From assembly GCA_024626585.2 (NCBI GenBank), contig JANKJI020000004.1, positions 33,801,433-33,829,858 on the forward strand: DNA of 28,426 nt, read 5' to 3'. The number at the start of each line of letters is the position of its first letter. Within the stretch, counting starts at the first letter, position 1. This DNA is from Ginkgo biloba. Its lineage: Eukaryota > Plantae > Ginkgophyta. Of the stretch, positions 23,371 to 28,426 are shown in pieces. The notes beneath the pieces are model-generated. The model was given only the letters and a program-made list of their open reading frames with translations. It made no database searches and had not been told where the DNA came from. The translations under genes and the position numbers were made by a program.

Positions 23371-23478
23371 GTCACCAAAGAAGAAAGGTCACTAGAAGGT
23401 GAAGAGTCTCTAGAAGGTAAAGAGTCACTAAAAGACAAAAGGTCATAAAAAGACGAAGAGTTGCTAGAAGGTTAACTG
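23371..23478 (+). repeat. Degenerate ~18-bp tandem repeat, about 6 copies
   Basis: gtcaccaaagaagaaag / gtcactagaaggtgaaga / gtctctagaaggtaaaga / gtcactaaaagacaaaag / gtcataaaaagacgaaga / gttgctagaaggttaact. Confidence 0.75.
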
Positions 23479-23874
23479 GGACAAAATGTGAANNNNNNNN
23501 NNNNNNNNNNNNNNNNNNNNNNNNNNNNNNNNNNNNNNNNNNNNNNNNNNNNNNNNNNNNNNNNNNNNNNNNNNNNNNNNNNNNNNNNNNNNNNNNNNNN
23601 NNNNNNNNNNNNNNNNNNNNNNNNNNNNNNNNNNNNNNNNNNNNNNNNNNNNNNNNNNNNNNNNNNNNNNNNNNNNNNNNNNNNNNNNNNNNNNNNNNNN
23701 NNNNNNNNNNNNNNNNNNNNNNNNNNNNNNNNNNNNNNNNNNNNNNNNNNNNNNNNNNNNNNNNNNNNNNNNNNNNNNNNNNNNNNNNNNNNNNNNNNNN
23801 NNNNNNNNNNNNNNNNNNNNNNNNNNNNNNNNNNNNNNNNNNNNNNNNNNNNNNNNNNNNNNNNNNNNNNNNNN

Positions 23875-25724
23875 TTTGTTGAGATCTAATAACCTTTTTA
23901 TGTTTCCCCTCAAAATTTCCTTCAAAGCTCACTCATACTCTCACGCAATGTTTTCCCAATATATCCATAAAATCAACCCTTTAATGCCTTTAGCCCCTTT
24001 TAAGCGGAGTCACAGGCGCAGTTTACGGACACATGGATCTTCACAGAACCAAGCTAGATATTAATGGACTAAAGCCAAAACATAAGATTAAAATTATTAA
24101 AATGGGCCTATAAAGAGGTGGTTGTACTTCTAACTAATTCTAACGGTTCGCACTCAAAATCAAATTGATTTCAGCATTGTGAGACAAAGAGGCAGAACAG
24201 CGGAGCAAGAAAAATGGGAGAATAAGAGGATAATGGGGGAAAGACAGAACACGGATCTTATGTTCCCAGATTGAGTTCCATTACCATTGCTCTCTGGAGT
24301 GGTTGTCTTCTTTCTACTATCTACAATCATCTATTCCATATTCTCCCCTTTTATTTTCTCTCTGTTGTTTCCAGAGGTTTCTCCCAACCACTTCTAAGTC
24401 TGACAAAACCCTCACGGCCAGTATACAGCAAGATTTTGGAGGAAGAACTTGTTGGTGAGTTGTATTGTTTTCTGGCTTTCGCTATTACCTGACATCTCCT
24501 TGGTCTCTCAAGTAGTCATAGCCCATTCTGATCTTCTTAACACGATTGCATATCTCTCACGACCTATTTTCATTAGTTTTGGGTCGTGTCTTAACCTAGT
24601 ATTGTTGTTTGGATGTATGCAAACCTCTGTCGTGTGAATGCAAACTTCTGTTCCATACATCAGCATCCTCGGTTTTCCAACAGCCCCACGAGCTCTCATA
24701 GCTTCCCTTGGTTGTATTATACCCTAGCTACCTCTTTTTGGCTTCACTTGGCATCGAACTATAGTCAGTCATGGTTGATTCACTGCTTGCGCAGTGTAGA
24801 TCACTACCTCTGTTCTCCAATGCAACTGCTCAAAGTTTCCAACAATTTTTCTATAAAGTTGACCTTTAATTTAGTTTAAGAAAGGTGCTTAATGTTGAAT
24901 CTGGGGGTGGTTCTATGTTGTTATGTAAAAATCTAACACATAACCATAAATCTTGCTCCAAAGGATGTAAAANNNNNNNNNNNNNNNNNNNNNNNNNNNN
25001 NNNNNNNNNNNNNNNNNNNNNNNNNNNNNNNNNNNNNNNNNNNNNNNNNNNNNNNNNNNNNNNNNNNNNNNNATGATATAACCGGCTAGGGTTTATACGA
25101 GCAAAGCCCTTGTGTGTGAACACTTGTTATTAGGGATAGACAATTGGAGTGGGGCTAGCAACCCAGGAGCTCCAAGGAGACTTTAATGTTATAGTTGTGC
25201 TAGTAGACGTAGTGGGGGATGAATATCCCGACTGACCATTACTATGAGCTCTTAAGTTATATTTGAGTACGGCTAACTTGAGTTATATGGGGGGGGGGTC
25301 TCTCAGTACTAGAGAGAGCACCCTAGTGCCAAAAGGAGGGCTTGGAGCACGAGGCCTTGGCACTCTTCTGAGCTACAAGGGGTGGACCCAAACGGGGAGG
25401 CCATTTGGGGCTAACGGTGAGCCTTGATGGCATCGGCGGTTTGGTTGGTAGCTATAGTGAAGTTCTCTAGGGGATCCTCATGGCCAACAATGGAGTGTAC
25501 TACTTGTCATCAAGTCCTAACCCTAGAAGTCCACCTTGGAGTTTGTATAGTGGTGTAAGTACATCTTATTTCTTATATTGTGCATGATTTATTCATTGTG
25601 CTTATTCATTTATATGAACTCATGCAATTATGATGATGATGTTGATTTCTAAATTATCATGTTATGGAATGTTTTTATGTTATTTGACTTAGAACGCTTA
25701 TAGGCTTAAGGCAAGACTGTTACA
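23875..25724 (+). mobile_element. Long LTR (5' end in gap)
   Basis: Non-coding, ends gactgttaca at 25724. The 24111-24920 part recurs at 26670-27085. No PBS follows. Confidence 0.6.
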
Positions 25725-25860
25725 TCAAGGCCTTGAACTTCAACGCAATGAGTTACCCAATCATGCTAGGCATATCATCTGCTCACATATGGAAACTCCA
25801 TGGCATACCCCAAATCCATTGCGCCTAAAAGGCCAACAAGTTCTACTACCAATGATTAGC

Positions 25861-26241
25861 ATCACCTTGCCTAAAAATTTGAGTAAGGGAGATGGTAATC
25901 CTAACAATCACATTTAAGCTTATTTGGAGGCTTGTGCCACTTTAGGTGTCTCAACAAAGCAAGTTACTATGCAACTGTTTTGTTGGACGCTCACAAGCGA
26001 TGCCATCAAGTGGTATCACTTGTTAGCACCTTAGTTAATCCCCTAGTGGGATGAGTTAATTAATACTATGGTTAAGCATTTTACCATCTCTGTTAATGCT
26101 GCAAAGATCTTAAAGGACTTTACCAATATCTCACAACTCCTTGGGGAATCTGTCAAGGATTTCATAGCAAGATTTCTTAAGTTGAAAGAAGCAATCCTGC
26201 CTTCTCATGCCCGAAATGATGCAACCTGCTGGGCGTATTAA
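25861..26241 (+). mobile_element. Retrotransposon gag (Athila/Tat-like), decayed
   Basis: KGDGNPNNHI*AYLEACATLG..MQLFCWTLTSDAIKWYHLLAP*LIP*WDELINTMVKHF..NISQLLGESVKDFIARFLKL. Confidence 0.9.
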
Positions 26242-26669
26242 ATTACCATTGCCTGACCCCNNNNNNNNNNNNNNNNNNNNNAGAAACACTCGATGAACCT
26301 CGACAAAATGCCACTAGTGCATGCTTGCAGTATGAAGAGAACTTATTGCAAAGTGGAAAAATACCTAGACCTACTTCCACAAAAACAAATTCAACGCTCT
26401 CTACAACTCCCAGTGAAATCCCCACTTCTAAGTCCCAATTAGCTAGGGTGGTATTGTCTTTGTTCAATGAAATTATTTCAATGAAGGGGAGGATGGCNNN
26501 NNNNNNNNNNNNNNNNNNNNNNNNNNNNNNNNNNNNNNNNNNNNNNNNNNNNNNNNNNNNNNNNNNNNNNNNNNNNNNNNNNNNNNNNNNNNNNNNNTAT
26601 ATGTTAAAATTATTCGCCAATTAATTATACTTATAAAAAATAAGGCAATCCTAAAGATTTTCCCTACTT

Positions 26670-27085
26670 CAAAGAGGTTGTTGTAATTCAAAGCAATTCT
26701 AAGGGTTCACACTCAAAATCAAATTGATTTCGCCATTATGAGAAAGAGAGATAGGATAGTGGAGCAAAAAGAATGGGAGAATGAGAGGATGATGGGGGAA
26801 GAGAGAACAAGAATCTCATGTTCCCAGATTGAGTTCCACTATCATTGCTTTCTGGAGTCGTCATCTTCGTTCTGATATCTACAATCATCTATTCCATATG
26901 TCATTGTTTGGGTGTATGGAAACCTCCATCGTGTGTGTGTCATGGTGGATTCAGTGCTTGCGCAATGTGAATCATCGTCTCTATTCTGTGATGTGATTCA
27001 TCAAACTTCCCTAAAGTTTTTCTATAAAGTTAACCTTTGATTTATTAAAGATGCTTAATGTTGAATCCGAGGGCAGTTCTAGGTT
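26670..27085 (+). repeat. Second, internally deleted copy of the LTR segment at 24111-24920
   Basis: Shared blocks cactcaaaatcaaattgatttc, atgttcccagattgagttcca, ctacaatcatctattccatat and tttttctataaagtt. Lacks about 24340-24600 and 24637-24767. Confidence 0.9.
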
Positions 27086-28426
27086 ACACTCGTGAGACTT
27101 GGTGTTGATACAAAAGGGGTCCAAAGGCATTAAAGGGCATCCCATTAAGTTTTTTACTTTCATTTTGCTACCTTAATTTCATATCTCAATCCCTTCAAGA
27201 TCATTTACTTGGTCCTCATTCCACAATCTCACATGTAATTTTACATTATTTCATAACCTCACATATGCTTTGAACATTGCCTTACCATTTTATCCATACT
27301 CCCTCTTTGCCTTCACTTGGTTATAAGTACACAATTAAAGGATCTCGTGAAGACATAGGAATGAACAAAGCGGACCAAGGCAACAATGTTACACCAGCAT
27401 ATGAACCAGGCATGAATTTTCTTAATGAAATCCAACTTCCCTTTTTTGTACTTTGATTTCTTTGATCAATATTCATGCCATAAATGTTTCATGATTGATC
27501 ATTTATTGTTATTCATTTTCTTTCATTGAGTGTGTCCTTGCATTAAAGCTTCATTACATGCTACTTTGTATTCGGTTTTACGCAATGTGTTTAATTAATA
27601 AATTTAGGATGGAAGTGTTATTACATTTATTATGATTACCTGTGGATTCAATTTAATGTTTGATTCATGTTTCATTGATTCCTTTTTTGTATTTGCATGC
27701 AATATGCTCAAGCTTAAACACAACCACATGGAAACCTCAACTACACATTGAGACACACAAACCTCCACTGATCTTTGGTTTTTGTTACATACTTTCATGT
27801 ATTTAATCTCTAGCAAGACACATAACAAGTACGCACCTAATACTATGAACAAAACTTCCTTGCAACATATGACCATCATAAACCCATGAACCTTATTGAT
27901 CACTTCATCCCCTCACCAACCTGAACATTTCATTCATCCTTAACCAACACTGATGCAGAACCAATACACAATAACCATCTCCTATAGGACCTTGGTGATG
28001 AATGGACCTATCCACAAATGATATTTCTACTTTGTCCGGTCATCCTACTTCTATTTCCACACATAGGGTGTAATCTAAGCTCCCTAACACCCAAAACACG
28101 TCACCTAATTGTGGTGAGAAATCACAATTTCACTTTTTAAGTCAACTCGGCCACTCAAAATTTTAGCTAAGCCATCTTATCGTCTGCATAAATGTTGATC
28201 GGTGTATGATCCCATCACCAGACATCTAAAAGATTTGGCAGAGCTAGGAATGAAATGTTAGTTCCTTCTCATAGATCTAGAATGTATGCATCAAGTTTTC
28301 TTCTTCGTTGAGGTAGTTGAGATAGATAAATAGCCCCATAAATCCACATCGTTTTGTAACAATCTTGAGCCAAGACAATTGCAAAACACAGATAAAATCA
28401 GAGCATAAGAACACAAATTTATGTGA

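Noticed and set aside
1-28426. CRISPR arrays, tRNA/rRNA genes, prokaryotic operons
   Set aside because: None seen. The sequence is eukaryotic with spliceosomal introns, and the short repeats lack unique spacers.

Overview
AT-rich eukaryotic scaffold with many N gaps. It comes from a land plant, probably a large-genome seed plant such as a gymnosperm (inferred from gene content and TE load). Most of the window is nested, decayed Ty3/gypsy LTR-retrotransposon debris: chromovirus integrase/chromodomain, LTRs, gag, protease, RT, RNase H, plus Athila/Tat-type RT and gag pieces. Three intact minus-strand exons of CNX5/MOCS3 (UBA4) lie at 12320-13113, with a U12-type intron and a GC donor. A truncated ABHD17 first exon lies at 18228-18434, behind a Helitron-like 5' end. 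The least explained signal is two long, apparently intronless, decayed minus-strand reading frames flanking the CNX5 exons (about 8985-11940, split by a chromovirus insertion, and about 14750-17094). Their stop codons look like methylation decay. The second ends in a 2-oxoglutarate/Fe(II) dioxygenase-like motif set resembling TET/JBP or prolyl-4-hydroxylase, which may point to an undescribed gene-capturing element carrying a dioxygenase. All homology calls are by eye and need profile searches.
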